A DNA stretch of 63,289 nucleotides, the filler included, from Saprolegnia diclina VS20 (lineage: Eukaryota): NCBI RefSeq assembly GCF_000281045.1. It is 5 parts of 3 records of this genome, joined end to end, with 100 filler letters (N's around TTAATTAATTAA, not from the genome) between each part and the next. Parts side by side here need not be neighbours in the genome. Positions count along the whole stretch, not along the records: positions 45,638 to 58,779 come from NW_008246116.1; positions 58,880 to 63,289 come from NW_008246117.1; 3 more parts are not named here. The stretch is one strand, 5' to 3'. Position 1 is the stretch's first letter. Each line of letters begins with the position of its first letter. Position numbers and translations under genes: made by a program. Shown piece after piece: positions 49,762 to 61,358 of this stretch. The notes below the pieces were generated by a model, which did not search any database, was not told the origin of the DNA, and was given only the letters and a program-made list of their open reading frames with translations.

Positions 49762-50596
49762 GGCCGAGCCGAAATGCTCCGAGTTGATCGCAACACTCGT
49801 CTGTCAAAACGCGGCAACGCGTGAAAATCAGAATATTATTATTGCGCACTTGCGATAGTCCCACCACGAGGATAAGGCATTTAAATAGAATGAAATGTCG
49901 AATAATATGTAAAGGAGACCCTGGAAAGGCCCGTTCGAGACGAGCAGATGGATCCAAACAACGGTGACGCGCTCGGCGCCAAGTACTGTACACAAAACAT
50001 AGTACTCACAGTACTCACTCTGTGAGTGCTCTGTGAGAACGTCTTCCCACCTCCTTGCGTTACCGGTTGCCGCTCGCACCATTGTGCGAACATGCGAATG
50101 CGACTGCGCAGACCAGTTCATCCATGGAGCTCACGCCTCGGAACGGCCAGCGCTAGAGTATATCATGACGAACAAGCACCGAGAGAATTTGTACTCATAC
50201 CAGCGCGGGCGACGAGTTTGGACAGCGTTGCGATAGAAGCCGGGCAGTCGACGTGTGCGAGACAAATGCACACAAACATTGCCAAAGACACATGCTTGCA
50301 TTGTGGACGTTGTGGCCTTCGTCACAGCTTCGTCGTCCACGAAGCAGCCGAGATTGCGAGACCAAAGGATCGTTAGCGAAAGTGCAAACTGGGTCGTTGT
50401 CATTCTCACAACCCGAGCAACGAACGGTACGTCGATCGTGTGCATCTCATTACATGCTGCGCAACAACCGAGCAACATTGGCCGTGGTGACGACCCGCCG
50501 CAATTCAACGAATCGCCACGTGGGATTGTAATATCGAAGTTCGAAGTTGGTTGCGGCCAGAGCCAGCGTGTCAGCAGACTTGTTTCTGCCCAACCC

Positions 50597-52363
50597 ATGA
50601 TGCAGCGTGGCGTTATGCTCCTCGCGATGGCCGTCGCCGCCACGACCGCTCAGACGACGCCCAACTGCTCGGCCCTCTATGAGCAGTACGCCGACCTCTC
50701 GAACGCAACCAAGACACCAACGCTCGCCAACTGCCGCCTCACGACGATCGACGCCTACTGCTCGACGCCCGCGTGCTCGCAGATCACGAACCTCGCCGCG
50801 ACCATCGTGCCCTCGTGCCCGATAACCAACACGGGCCTTCTCCTCCCGAAGATTTGCGACGCGACTTGCAAGACGCTGGTCGCAACGTTCGTCAAGGCAG
50901 TCGGCGATTGCCAAACGCTGCCGCTCAAGCTCATGAGCGCCGACAACTGCCGCGGGTGCCGGAAGCTTAACTCGACGTCGTTCCAGTCCGACATGGTCTC
51001 CAGCTGCGGGCAGTCGCCGACAGGCATGTCCTTCTTCATCGAGCGCGACTCCAAGGTGTCGCAGGGCATGCTAATTTGCACGCAGGCGCCGCTCCCGACC
51101 GACACGGTCGCCGACTCGGGCAACGGCAGCACGATGTATGTGATCATCGGCATTGCCTGCGCCGTCCTTGCGATTCTCGCAGCCGTTATCTACAAGCTCA
51201 AGGCCAAGAACGACGCGGCCAAGCACAAGTTTGACTACATCAATGAGACCGAGGCCGGCGGTATGACGGCCCTCGACAACTTTGGCAACCCCGACGGCTT
51301 CCGCGTCGCCAACGATATTCGCTTCGACGAGGAGCTCTCGCAGTTCCGGATTCCTCAAAATGAAATCCAAAACGTGTCCCTGCTGGTCAAGGGCGGGTAC
51401 GGCGTCGTCTTTCACGCGTCGTTTGGCAAGGACGAGGTCGCCATGAAGCAGCTTTTGCCGTCCAAGGCCAAGGACCACAACGCGATCCAGGTACATTTCT
51501 TCGTCTTTTTCACTGTTTCTGACTCTAGTTGCAGGAATTCATGAACGAAATTCGCCTCTGCGCCCGCCTTGAGCACCCCAAGATCGTCAAGTTTATTGGT
51601 ATCTCGTGGTCGACGCTCCACGACCTCGCGGTCCTCTCCGAGTTCATGTCGCGCGGTAATGCATGATCCATTCCGGGACCTGCGCTCACTATCGTCCACC
51701 GTAGGCGACGTGAGCACGCTCCTCAAGAAAGACGTCAAGAAATCCGAGGGCCACCGCCTTCTCCACTGGAACTCGGGCTGCAGCCGCGAGTGCTCGACGA
51801 CCAAGGGCGCGATTGCGGCCGACATTGCCGACGCGCTCGTGTACTTGCACTCGTTCCAGCCGACGATCATCCACCGCGATCTCAAGTCCAAGAACGTGCT
51901 TCTTGGCGACGACTGGACCGCCAAGCTCAGCGACTTTGGTATCTCGCGCGTCACGACGGTCGAGGAGTCGATGACGTCCAACATTGGCACGGTCGCGTGG
52001 ATCGCACCCGAGGTACGGTCGCTTAACATCGAGTTAGGGTTTCTAATTCTAGTCCCTTAGGTCTTGACGGGCGGCCGCTACACGGAGAAGGCCGACATTT
52101 ACAGCTTTGGCGTGCTCCTCTCGGAGCTAGACACGTGCGAAGTGCCGTACTCCAACATGTCGGGCAAGTCCAAGGACGCTCAGTTCTCGAACGCGCGTAT
52201 CGCCATGATGGTGAGCGAGGGCACGCTTCGCCCTGCGTTCAGCGACCGCATCCCCGAGGCCATCCACGACCTCGCGCAGGAGTGCTTGGCTTTCGACCCG
52301 GCCGAGCGCCCCGCGGCCATGACGCTCTCGTACAAGATCCACACGATTGTCAAGAACCTTTAA
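50597..52363 (+). CDS. Receptor-like TKL kinase with signal peptide and 12-Cys ectodomain (multi-exon)
   Basis: MMQRGVMLLAMAVAATTA signal, YCSTPAC, TM YVIIGIACAVLAILAAVIY, KGGYGVVF, VAMKQL, HRDLKSKN, SDFGISR, GTVAWIAPE. Confidence 0.92.
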
Positions 52364-52966
52364 CCGCTAACAGCAATGCCGAGTCTGTGTACAGTGTACA
52401 TGAATCGAAGACGCGTGCCCATCATCCAAGGTGTAGCTACAAAGTTGATTGAGTGCAGCGATGTACCAAAGTATCTTGATGCGGTCAAGCATAAGCACGT
52501 ATAGGCTTGTTGGCGGCTCCTGGTACGCCAAAGGAGCCTTCTGGTAAGAGGCACCTCATAGCTTGCCGGTGTCAACAGGAACGAAGAATGCTTCTCGAGG
52601 AGTGCCGAGAGGACGTCCAGTGTAATGCAGTCCGTAACACTCTTTTATTGCACCGGCCTCCATCCAAGCGAATTTCGAGTCTCAGCATAGTACTAGTGCT
52701 ACCAGGCGCTGTGCTAAAGCAACACACTTGCTCAACAACCGATAGACGCTTTGTGCACAGAAGCCCAGTCCGCTTGGACGTGAACGCAGACGTCTCAGCA
52801 CAGTCTCACGTCGGGCTCCAACGTCAAAATATAGCGTGCGAGGAGACTGTTTTGAGAATCAGTCGCCAATTCGATCTTCGATCGAAACCACCAACTTCGA
52901 CTCGTAGCATTACAAGCACCGCATGTCTACCTCTGCCAAGCCCAGTGCAAAACCACTCCTCTTCCG

Positions 52967-54743
52967 ATGGCCCGCCGCTTCCTACTGCTCGTGGCATTGG
53001 CTGCCGGCCACGCTGCCGGGCAGACCGATGTCGCGCTTCCTGCGTGCACTAGCGCTGACAATGCGACCTTACTCGAGCCCTACAAGGCCCTGGTCGCCCC
53101 GTGCCTCGCCGCAGTGAACCAGACGTCGAATCCGGCCAACATCATCTCCAATCCTGAGCTCTTCTGCGCGTCAACGTCGTGCCAGTCGCTGTCGACAGCC
53201 GCCGGTGCTATTTTATCCAAGTGCACGCCGCCAACTTCTGTCGTGCCAGGCAAGTTCTGCGACCCGGCGTGCGTCGAGTCGATCACGGCGTGGAGGCTCC
53301 TTCGGAAACAGTGCGTTGGGATCACGTCGGCGACGTACGGTCTCTGCTACACGTGCAAGAAGTACTTGGCGTCCGTTTCATCCGTCGTTGGGACGTGCCA
53401 GATCCAGGACTCGGCCGCGGCCATCCGCCAGGATGTCGATGTGCTCGGCATGGTCAAGATCTGCGACGCGCAAACTAACCCGACGACGGCACCGGTGGCC
53501 GCGTCGTCCGACAGCAACAACACGACGTATATCGTGATCGGGTGCATCGCAGGCGTCGTGCTTCTGGGTGCTGTCGTCTTTGCCTGTCTTCGCACCAAGA
53601 AGCCGCGGGGTGACGTGTACAGTAGCAACGGGCAGTCGTACCGCGCGAATGGCTCGAACCGCCACTTGATCAACTCGGGCAACAACTCGTCGAACGGCGG
53701 CGGCACCTCGGGCAACCCATCGTCGAGTGCGCACCACATGAACACGCGGGTCGCCAACGACATTCGCTTCGACGCCGAGCTCTCGCAGTTCCGCATTCCG
53801 CAGCAGGAGATCCAAAACATCTCGCTTCTCGTCAAGGGCGGGTACGGCGTCGTCTTCCACGCGACCTTTGGCAAGCAGGACGTGGCCATGAAGCAGCTGC
53901 TGCCGTCCAAGGCCAAGGACTCGTCGGCCATCCAGGTACGCTTGGCCGTGCAGCAACGCATCGTGATGACCTCCCCTAGGACTTTATGAATGAGATTCGC
54001 CTCTGCGCGCGCCTCGAACACCCCAAGATCGTCAAGTTTGTTGGTATCTCGTGGTCGACGCTCCAGGACCTCGCGGTTCTCTCCGAGTTCATGTCAAATG
54101 GCGACGTGACGGGCCTCATTCGCAAGGAACGCAAGAAGCCCGAGGGCTCGCGCCTTCTTCAGTGGTACTCGGACGGCGTCTTTCCAGCGACCAAGACATC
54201 GATTGCTGCGGATACGGCCGACGCGCTTGTGTACCTGCACTCGTTCCAGCCGACCGTCATCCACCGCGATCTCAAGTCCAAGAACGTGCTCTTGAGTGAA
54301 ACTTGGGAGGCCAAGCTCAGTGACTTTGGCATCTCGCGCGTCACGAGCCTGGAAGAGTCGATGACGTCCAACATTGGCACGATCGCGTGGATCGCGCCCG
54401 AGGTACGACGCGCGGTGCTAGGGTTACGGTTGCTAAGCCGAAGTAGGTGCTCACGGGCGGGCGCTACACGGAGAAGGCCGACATCTACAGCTTTGGCGTG
54501 CTCATGGCCGAGCTCGACACGCTCCAGGTGCCGTACGCCGACATGCTCGGCAAGTCCAAGGAGAACGGCTTCTCGAACGCGCGCCTGGCCATGATGGTCA
54601 GCGAAGGCGCGCTGCAGCCGTCGTTCACCGAGTCGATGCCGTCGGAGCTCCTCGCGCTCGCCCGCGAGTGTCTCTCGTTCCACGACAACGACCGTCCGTC
54701 GGCCGTGCAGCTGTCGTACCGCTTGCACAAGATGCTCCAGTAG
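52967..54743 (+). CDS. Receptor-like TKL kinase with signal peptide and 12-Cys ectodomain (multi-exon)
   Basis: MARRFLLLVALAAGHAAG signal, LPACTS...FCASTSC, TM YIVIGCIAGVVLLGAVVFACL, complete kinase motifs. Confidence 0.92.
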
Positions 54744-54954
54744 TTGGAGATGGCTAGCCTTTTTAATAACTGTACTGCACCACTCGTCGTCCATGCCTCT
54801 CTGTGCACTTGGTGGACACGGCTCAGAAAGGACGGCCGCGCGCAAAGCCAGGGACAGCAAAGTTGAACTTCGAGCTTCGCCGCGTGGGTGATGTTGTTTG
54901 ATTGTGGACGTTGCGACAACCGCTCGTGCTGTCTACTTTGCTTTCGACTGCAGC

Positions 54955-56682
54955 ATGCGCATCGTCGACATCGCCCTCCTGGCCATCGCCGGCCTCGTCG
55001 CCGGCCAAAGCGATGATGCGACGCTCCCGGCCTGCGACGCCAGCGTCAGGGTCACTTACACGACCAAGTACAAGCCCTTCTTCGAAGCGTGCAGCAACGT
55101 GACGGGCGGCATCGACACTATGCTCTCCAGCCCTTTGTACTGCAAGACGCCGGCGTGTATCTCGGCCATGGAAGTCGCGCACAGCGTTCTGTCGACGTGC
55201 ACACCAGCAGCGGGCAGCAACGTATACTTCACGCCTGGGAAGCATTGCGCGCCCGAATGCGTCAACAAGGCGACGCAGATCCGGACCATTCGCTCGCAGT
55301 GCCTCTCGACGAAACCGGGGGAACTCGGTCTTTGCTACCAGTGCAAGAACTATGCCATCGAGGTCAAGGCCTTCCGCGCGATTTGCGAGGTCATGGACAC
55401 GGTCGAGGCGCTGCGCAACGATGCCAACATCACAGCCGCCTCTGCCGTCTGCTTTACTCCACCACCGACGACGCTTCCGCCCTCGAGCGACAGCAACAGC
55501 ACAACGTACGTCATAATTGGGTGCGTTGTCGGCATTCTCTTGGTCGCTGCTGTCCTCTTTGTGTGCTTGCGCAAGAAGACGCCCAAGGGGGACGTGTACA
55601 CGAGCGCTGGCAACACGACCAACGGGTCCGGGAACCTTCACTCGATGCGCCTCCGGTCGGGCGAGACGACCAACCAAACGGGTAACACGCGGGTCGCCAA
55701 CGACATTCGCTTCGACGCCGAGCTCTCGCAGTTCCGCATTCCGCAGCAGGAGATCCAAAACATCTCGCTTCTCGTCAANNNNNNNNNNNNNNNNNNNNNN
55801 NNNNNNNNNNNNNNNNNNNNNNNNNNNNNNNNNNNNNNNNNNNNNNNNNNNNNNNNNNNNNNNNNNNNNNNNNNNNNNNNNNNNNNNNNNNNNNNNNNNN
55901 NNNNNNNNNNNNNNNNNNNNNNNNNNNNNNNNNNNNNNNNNNNNNNNNNNNNNNNNNNNNNNNNNNNNNNNNNNNNNNNNNNNNNNNNNNNNNNNNNNNN
56001 NNNNNNNNNNNNNNNNNNNNNNNNNNNNNNNNNNNNNNNNNNNNNNNNNNNNNNNNNNNNNNNNNNNNNNNNNNNNNNNNNNNNNNNNNNNNNNNNNNNN
56101 NNNNNNNNNNNNNNNNNNNNNNNNNNNNNNNNNNNNNNNNNNNNNNNNNNNNNNNNNNNNNNNNNNNNNNNNNNNNNNNNNNNNNNNNNNNNNNNNNNNN
56201 NNNNNNNNNNNNNNNNNNNNNNNNNNNNNNNNNNNNNNNNNNNNNNNNNNNNNNNNNNNNNNNNNNNNNNNNNNNNNNNNNNNNNNNNNNNNNNNNNNNN
56301 NNNNNNNNNNNNNNNNNNNNNNNNNNNNNNNNNNNNNNNNNNNNNNNNNNNNNNNNNNNNNNNNNNNNNNNNNNNNNNNNNNNNNNNNNNNNNNNNNNNN
56401 NNNNNNNNNNNNNNNNNNNNNNNNNNNNNNNNNNNNNNNNNNNNNNNNNNNNNNNNNNNNNNNNNNNNNNNNNNNNNNNNNNNNNNNNNNNNNNNNNNNN
56501 NNNNNNNNNNNNNNNNNNNNNNNNNNNNNNNNNNNNNNNNNNNNNNNNNNNNNNNNNNNNNNNNNNNNNNNNNNNNNNNNNNNNNNNNNNNNNNNNNNNN
56601 NNNNNNNNNNNNNNNNNNNNNNNNNNNNTTGTCGTACAAGCTTCACAAGATTCTGAACGAGAACAAGGCAGGCTACCAGTAG
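54955..56682 (+). CDS. Receptor-like TKL kinase with 12-Cys ectodomain (kinase domain mostly in gap 55779-56628)
   Basis: Signal MRIVDIALLAIAGLVAG, YCKTPAC, TM YVIIGCVVGILLVAAVLFVCL, RVANDIRFDAELSQFRIPQQEIQNISLLV identical to its neighbour, C-terminal LSYKLHKIL. Confidence 0.88.
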   Translation: MRIVDIALLAIAGLVAGQSDDATLPACDASVRVTYTTKYKPFFEACSNVTGGIDTMLSSPLYCKTPACISAMEVAHSVLSTCTPAAGSNVYFTPGKHCAPECVNKATQIRTIRSQCLSTKPGELGLCYQCKNYAIEVKAFRAICEVMDTVEALRNDANITAASAVCFTPPPTTLPPSSDSNSTTYVIIGCVVGILLVAAVLFVCLRKKTPKGDVYTSAGNTTNGSGNLHSMRLRSGETTNQTGNTRVANDIRFDAELSQFRIPQQEIQNISLLVXXXXXXXXXXXXXXXXXXXXXXXXXXXXXXXXXXXXXXXXXXXXXXXXXXXXXXXXXXXXXXXXXXXXXXXXXXXXXXXXXXXXXXXXXXXXXXXXXXXXXXXXXXXXXXXXXXXXXXXXXXXXXXXXXXXXXXXXXXXXXXXXXXXXXXXXXXXXXXXXXXXXXXXXXXXXXXXXXXXXXXXXXXXXXXXXXXXXXXXXXXXXXXXXXXXXXXXXXXXXXXXXXXXXXXXXXXXXXXXXXXXXXXXXXXXXXXXXXXXXXXXXXXXXXXXXXXXXXXXXXXXXLSYKLHKILNENKAGYQ

Positions 56683-56722
56683 ACTGGTCGGCCATGCCTT
56701 TATATTAACGTTGACACGAGAA

Positions 56723-58184
56723 CAGAGATCTGCAAAATGACCCATTGGCCCATGACCCATGACTCGGCTCGGCCCAACCCGGGCTCGTGGGCCGAGCTGG
56801 GTGGGTCGAAAAACAATTGTGGTGGGCCGGGTTGGGTTGGGTCGGCCCGAAAAAAACATGGGTTGGGTCCGGGTGACCCATGCCGACCCAGCTTCGATCA
56901 CGTAATCGTCAGCGAATGGCGACGACGTCCCATGACGACTCGTGGCTTCTGAATGCGTGATGCGGTCATGCCACCGAGAGCTCCGCCGACTCCCGCCTCG
57001 TGAATGCCGACAGCTAATATGTGTGAATTATGACCTCAGTTTTGTCATCTCTCGACAACACTTCAGTCTTCTTGCGGTGATCTTCATGTCCTCAATCCGT
57101 GACTTGCTTTCGTCTACCGGACCAAGCTCTGCGCCTGCCGCTACGACTCCCTCTCAACGTGTGCCCAACATGCCCAACAAGCTCGAGCTTGTTACGGAGG
57201 CCAGAGCCATCGGACGCGCGCTTTCCTTGCGCAACCCCCAGTTCAAGCTGGGGAAACCACCGAAAGCCACGTCCATGTGCTGGGACCGCTTTCGGGTAGT
57301 GCTCAAGGACAACGTTAAGGCTGCGATAAACACAGCCCCTGGATGCTACTTTGTGGCATGCAAGCAGTGCTTTCAAGTCTTCACCATGCAATCCGCATTT
57401 GGTACAAGCTCGCTCAACCGCCACAAGTGCCCGGCACCAACAACGCAGACCAGCATTTTGGACCACGCGATGACCCCCACGGTGAACGCGGAGGCGAAGA
57501 AGGCAGCGAAGCGCGCATGTGTGACCCTCTGCTCCGAGGATTCCAGCGCCAGCTGCGTGGATAACGAGATGAGCGCTACTTGGCGATGAAAGTTGCCCCC
57601 GAAGAGCGCATCTCCTACTCCGTACTCGAGTGGCGGAAGAAACAAACCAGTATGCCTGCGCTTCAGTTCGTCGTTTGGTGTGTCTTCGCCGTGCCTGCGT
57701 CCAGTGCCAAGTCCGAAAGTAACTTCTCGGATGCTGGCATCACTATCACGAAGCTGCGCAATCGCCTGAAGCCTGGCGTCGCCGACGACATTTTGTCTCA
57801 TCGCTCCTTCCTCAAAGACAAAAAGAATATGTGAGGCTCCCTCTGTTTACTTGCTGCGAAAATTCCCCTTTTGTATCCGCCACCTATATCGCTTTTCTGA
57901 CATTTGAACTCGCAACACACTATTCTCTCTCTTTCTGAACGCTTGTATTCCACCAGCACCAAACCTCCTCTTTTCTTCTTCGTCGTCAAATGTTTTGATT
58001 GGAGATTTTACATTCGACCCATTGACCCATGGGTCAATGGGTATGGGTCGGGTTGGGCTGGGTTGACCTGCCCGGACAATGGGGTGGGTCGAAAGACCCC
58101 ATGGGCCGGGCTGGGTGGGTCGAAAAATATTTTTCAACCAATGGGCTGGGCTGGGTGGGTCGAAAAATTCCGTGCAGATCTCTG
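56723..58184 (+). mobile_element. Non-autonomous hAT DNA transposon (1462 bp, internal deletion derivative)
   Basis: 12 bp perfect TIR CAGAGATCTGCA...TGCAGATCTCTG; perfect 8 bp TSD CACGAGAA (56715-56722, 58185-58192); subterminal GACCCA/TGGGTC/GGGTCG repeats; BED finger (WDRF...CKQC...GTSSLNRH) and hAT dimerization domain (EWRKKQ..MPAL...VPASSAKSESNFS...RNRL). Confidence 0.95.
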
Positions 58185-58279
58185 CACGAGAACTACTGTC
58201 GTATCCTCGAAGTCGCCCGGTGCTTATACTTAAAGTTGCTAAGCTTACAAGATGCAGGACAGGCAGAGAGAGCGGGGGT

Positions 58280-58359
58280 CGGCCCCTGGTGTAGTGGTCG
58301 AGGCGTTCCACTTAAATTCGAGCTCGAACGGATAGCGGGTTCAAATCCAGCTGCGCGCA
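58280..58359 (+). pseudogene. tRNA-Leu(TAA)-like sequence (pseudo-tRNA or SINE head)
   Basis: A box TGGTGTAGTGG, anticodon loop CT-TAA-AT, long variable arm, T arm GCGGG-TTCAAAT-CCAGC with B box; acceptor stem does not pair (CGGCCCC vs TGCGCGC). Confidence 0.6.
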
Positions 58360-58879
58360 TGCAAATTCAATTGGCCGACCTCCTGCCTCTGCGCGGTGTA
58401 CCCAATCGGAAGAACCGCCGTGCCGTAACCCGTTCGGGATTGGCCAAGAGGGCGTCGTTACTCACTTAGCCTCGAAGGAAAACCTCCCACAACAAATCAC
58501 CAAAAAACGTACCCTCGCCAAAAGACGCCCGCCTCTCAACGCACCGTGTAAACAAAACAGAAAAACCTGTAGGAAATAATATCTCAATAGACTCATTCCA
58601 ACAACAACAGGCAGAGAGAGCAAACGGTTGGCAAATGCGTCTGTTGTTGCTGCAAACTTCACATTTATGCTCACAACCCTATCACCAGACCAGGATTGCG
58701 GCCGCGCCACCAGGCAACAACAACCAAGGGATTGTAACCAGCCCTGACGACGTTGATGTTTGAGCGACGGAGCAGATGTNNNNNNNNNNNNNNNNNNNNN
58801 NNNNNNNNNNNNNNNNNNNNNNNTTAATTAATTAANNNNNNNNNNNNNNNNNNNNNNNNNNNNNNNNNNNNNNNNNNNN

Positions 58880-59098
58880 TTGGACGTCCACGACAATGTG
58901 GTGGCCCATTTGCAGCTCACGGCAGCCGACACGCGCTCGTGGTGCCGCGCCATGGGCTCGTTCAACACTTACATCCTCGAGTTCCCGCCAGACTCGACGC
59001 CCGAAGACCGCGCGCTTCTGGTCACCGCGCTCTTCCAGATTGAATTCGCCATGTTTGAGACGACGGGTACCAGCTGGACCGAGTTTCTCGATTCGTAG
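58880..59098 (+). CDS. Phospholipid scramblase-like protein, C-terminal fragment
   Basis: NTYILEFPPDSTPEDRALLVTALFQIEFAMFE matches the scramblase end (F.I.FP.D.....KALL......IDF..FE). Confidence 0.7.
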   Translation: MDVHDNVVAHLQLTAADTRSWCRAMGSFNTYILEFPPDSTPEDRALLVTALFQIEFAMFETTGTSWTEFLDS

Positions 59099-59103
59099 CT
59101 TGC

Positions 59104-59198
59104 TTTGGGACGAACGCCAAAAACAAATTTCAAGCGCCCAGCGGCGACGCGCGCTTGCTGAAAACACGACGCTATATTCATACGCGTGGGGCCGCCAT
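59104..59198 (+). repeat. 95 bp exact direct repeat of 63195-63289 (3' end of the membrane protein gene)
   Basis: TTTGGGACGAACGCCAAAAAC...GGGGCCGCCAT is identical at both positions; the match runs to the window end. Confidence 0.93.
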
Positions 59199-61358
59199 CG
59201 ATTAGGCAGATGACACGAGTAAATATCATAAAGTGTCTGCTAGTACAAGTATCCATTTCAACTGTTCTGTAGTTTGTATCGCAACTATCATTGCCAAGAA
59301 ACGTCGTCTAGCACGAATCACGAATGTAGTCACCACGGCGTAGTACTTACAACTCCCAAATATGAAAAATGGAAAATACGAACCGACTATGGGCCAATCA
59401 GCCAAACTGTTAGCCAAATACGAAAAACCTGGATATTTTGTCTTTCGGTTCAAGAACGACAATACCAACATCTTGATTGGCCCGGGGTGCGATTGCGTGA
59501 TAGCGCTCATCGACCAAACGACGTCAGCGTCCTTGCGCATGGAACCGTCGCGCTACGAGGTGACCCACGTAAACGACCGCAGCTGCTCTCGCACTGTACC
59601 GTGCGCGATCTTGTGTCCAGTAGCTTCACAAAACAAATAAGACAATATGCGACTAGAATATTATCGTTAAGTCGACGGGCTCAAGTGGGCGGGCAATGCA
59701 CCCGTCGTTGACGCCCAAACCAACGAGCTCGTCAAGGGTATCGACACTTGCCACGTTGTGGAAGTTCAGAGCCTTACTTGCTGCGCCGTCTCGGGCTTCT
59801 TTGCCATCTCGTTAGCGACGGGCAGCATGTGGCAAGTGCATACATGTACGGACAAGCGTCGCGGCCTTGATGGCCAGTGACTCGGACGTTGTCGGGCTGC
59901 GCGACGTGCGAAACACTCGATCCTTGTGTTCGAGCGAAGGCGTGTACCAGACGCATACGCTTAAGATAGGCCAGGATACGGCGATGGTCGATTGGTGCTG
60001 GGATATTGAGGCTAATCGCAAAGAAGCCAACGAGCAACGCATCTGAAGGTGGTGGCGCGAGGTGGAACAATTTGTACGAGAGGTCTAACCATCTTTGAGT
60101 TGGCGCAATGCATTGGGTCGAGCGCAAATGCTCATTACACAGTAACTCGACTTGGTTGGACTTTGCACCACCAAGAAAAAAATTCTAGTGTTAACCCTCC
60201 CAGGACGGCTGGCGGATTATCCGCCAAAAGACTAAAATATAACCTCCCTTACGACACAACGACGCATTGGACAAGNNNNNNNNNNNNNNNNNNNNNNNNN
60301 NNNNNNNNNNNNNNNNNNNNNNNNNNNNNNNNNNNNNNNNNNNNNNNNNNNNNNNNNNNNNNNNNNNNNNNNNNNNNNNNNNNNNNNNNNNNNNNNNNNN
60401 NNNNNNNNNNNNNNNNNNNNNNNNNNNNNNNNNNNNNNNNNNNNNNNNNNNNNNNNNNNNNNNNNNNNNNNNNNNNNNNNNNNNNNNNNNNNNNNNNNNN
60501 NNNNNNNNNNNNNNNNNNNNNNNNNNNNNNNNNNNNNNNNNNNNNNNNNNNNNNNNNNNNNNNNNNNNNNNNNNNNNNNNNNNNNNNNNNNNNNNNNNNN
60601 NNNNNNNNNNNNNNNNNNNNNNNNNNNNNNNNNNNNNNNNNNNNNNNNNNNNNNNNNNNNNNNNNNNNNNNNNNNNNNNNNNNNNNNNNNNNNNNNNNNN
60701 NNNNNNNNNNNNNNNNNNNNNNNNNNNNNNNNNNNNNNNNNNNNNNNNNNNNNNNNNNNNNNNNNNNNNNNNNNNNNNNNNNNNNNNNNNNNNNNNNNNN
60801 NNNNNNNNNNNNNNNNNNNNNNNNNNNNNNTGAGGCGGACGAAGATCCGACGTTGAGGTAGAGATGAGGCCGCAGCCTGCTTCATTTTTAGCTCGGCGAC
60901 GTTGTCTGCGTTTGCTACGCGATTATGAAAGCACTTTCGTGCTGTCCATCACACCGAAGTAATAGATGCGACCCGTGATGCGAAGGAATCGGTCCCGACA
61001 ACTAAAAGCTACGCGTATATCTTTCTTGAGCTCACAGCTCACACGACCGATGTCCAGGGTAACGTGTTACGACGTCGGTGCCAGTACATGTGCCCGTCAC
61101 GTCTGTACAGCCAGAGGGTTCTTGACGGTCAACGCCCCTCGCTTTTGGATCGACCAGCAACGGCTCGTGCTCAGTACTTGAACGACCGCTTCAGCAACAA
61201 TGGCTCGCGTTGGACGACTCGGAGAAGCCTGCGCCAGAGTGCTCCGAATTCATACTCTTGACATGCGTAACCAACAGGTCGACTCGGGCGAAGTCAACCA
61301 GCCTATAGTTAGACGCGCGTATAGATAGGACCAGTCGACACGACAGGCGCCGGCACCG

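Noticed and set aside
38580..56682. Lipoxygenase plus lipid-receptor kinases as one oxylipin signalling cluster
   Set aside because: The spacer at 45582 breaks linkage; no physical clustering can be claimed.
56737..56890. GACCCA/GGGTCG short repeats resembling CRISPR or telomeric repeats (also 58015-58165)
   Set aside because: Irregular spacing, no repeat-spacer structure; explained as hAT subterminal repeats.
54823..56901. Very long ORFs spanning N runs (692 aa here; also near 15.2, 20.5, 35.0 and 60.0 kb)
   Set aside because: Length comes from translated Ns.
58280..58359. Functional tRNA-Leu(TAA) gene
   Set aside because: Acceptor stem unpaired, mismatches in the anticodon and T stems, no poly-T terminator; kept only as tRNA-like.
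59274..60275. Short ORFs downstream of the duplicated tail (e.g. 92 aa at 59362)
   Set aside because: Nothing recognisable; interrupted frames.
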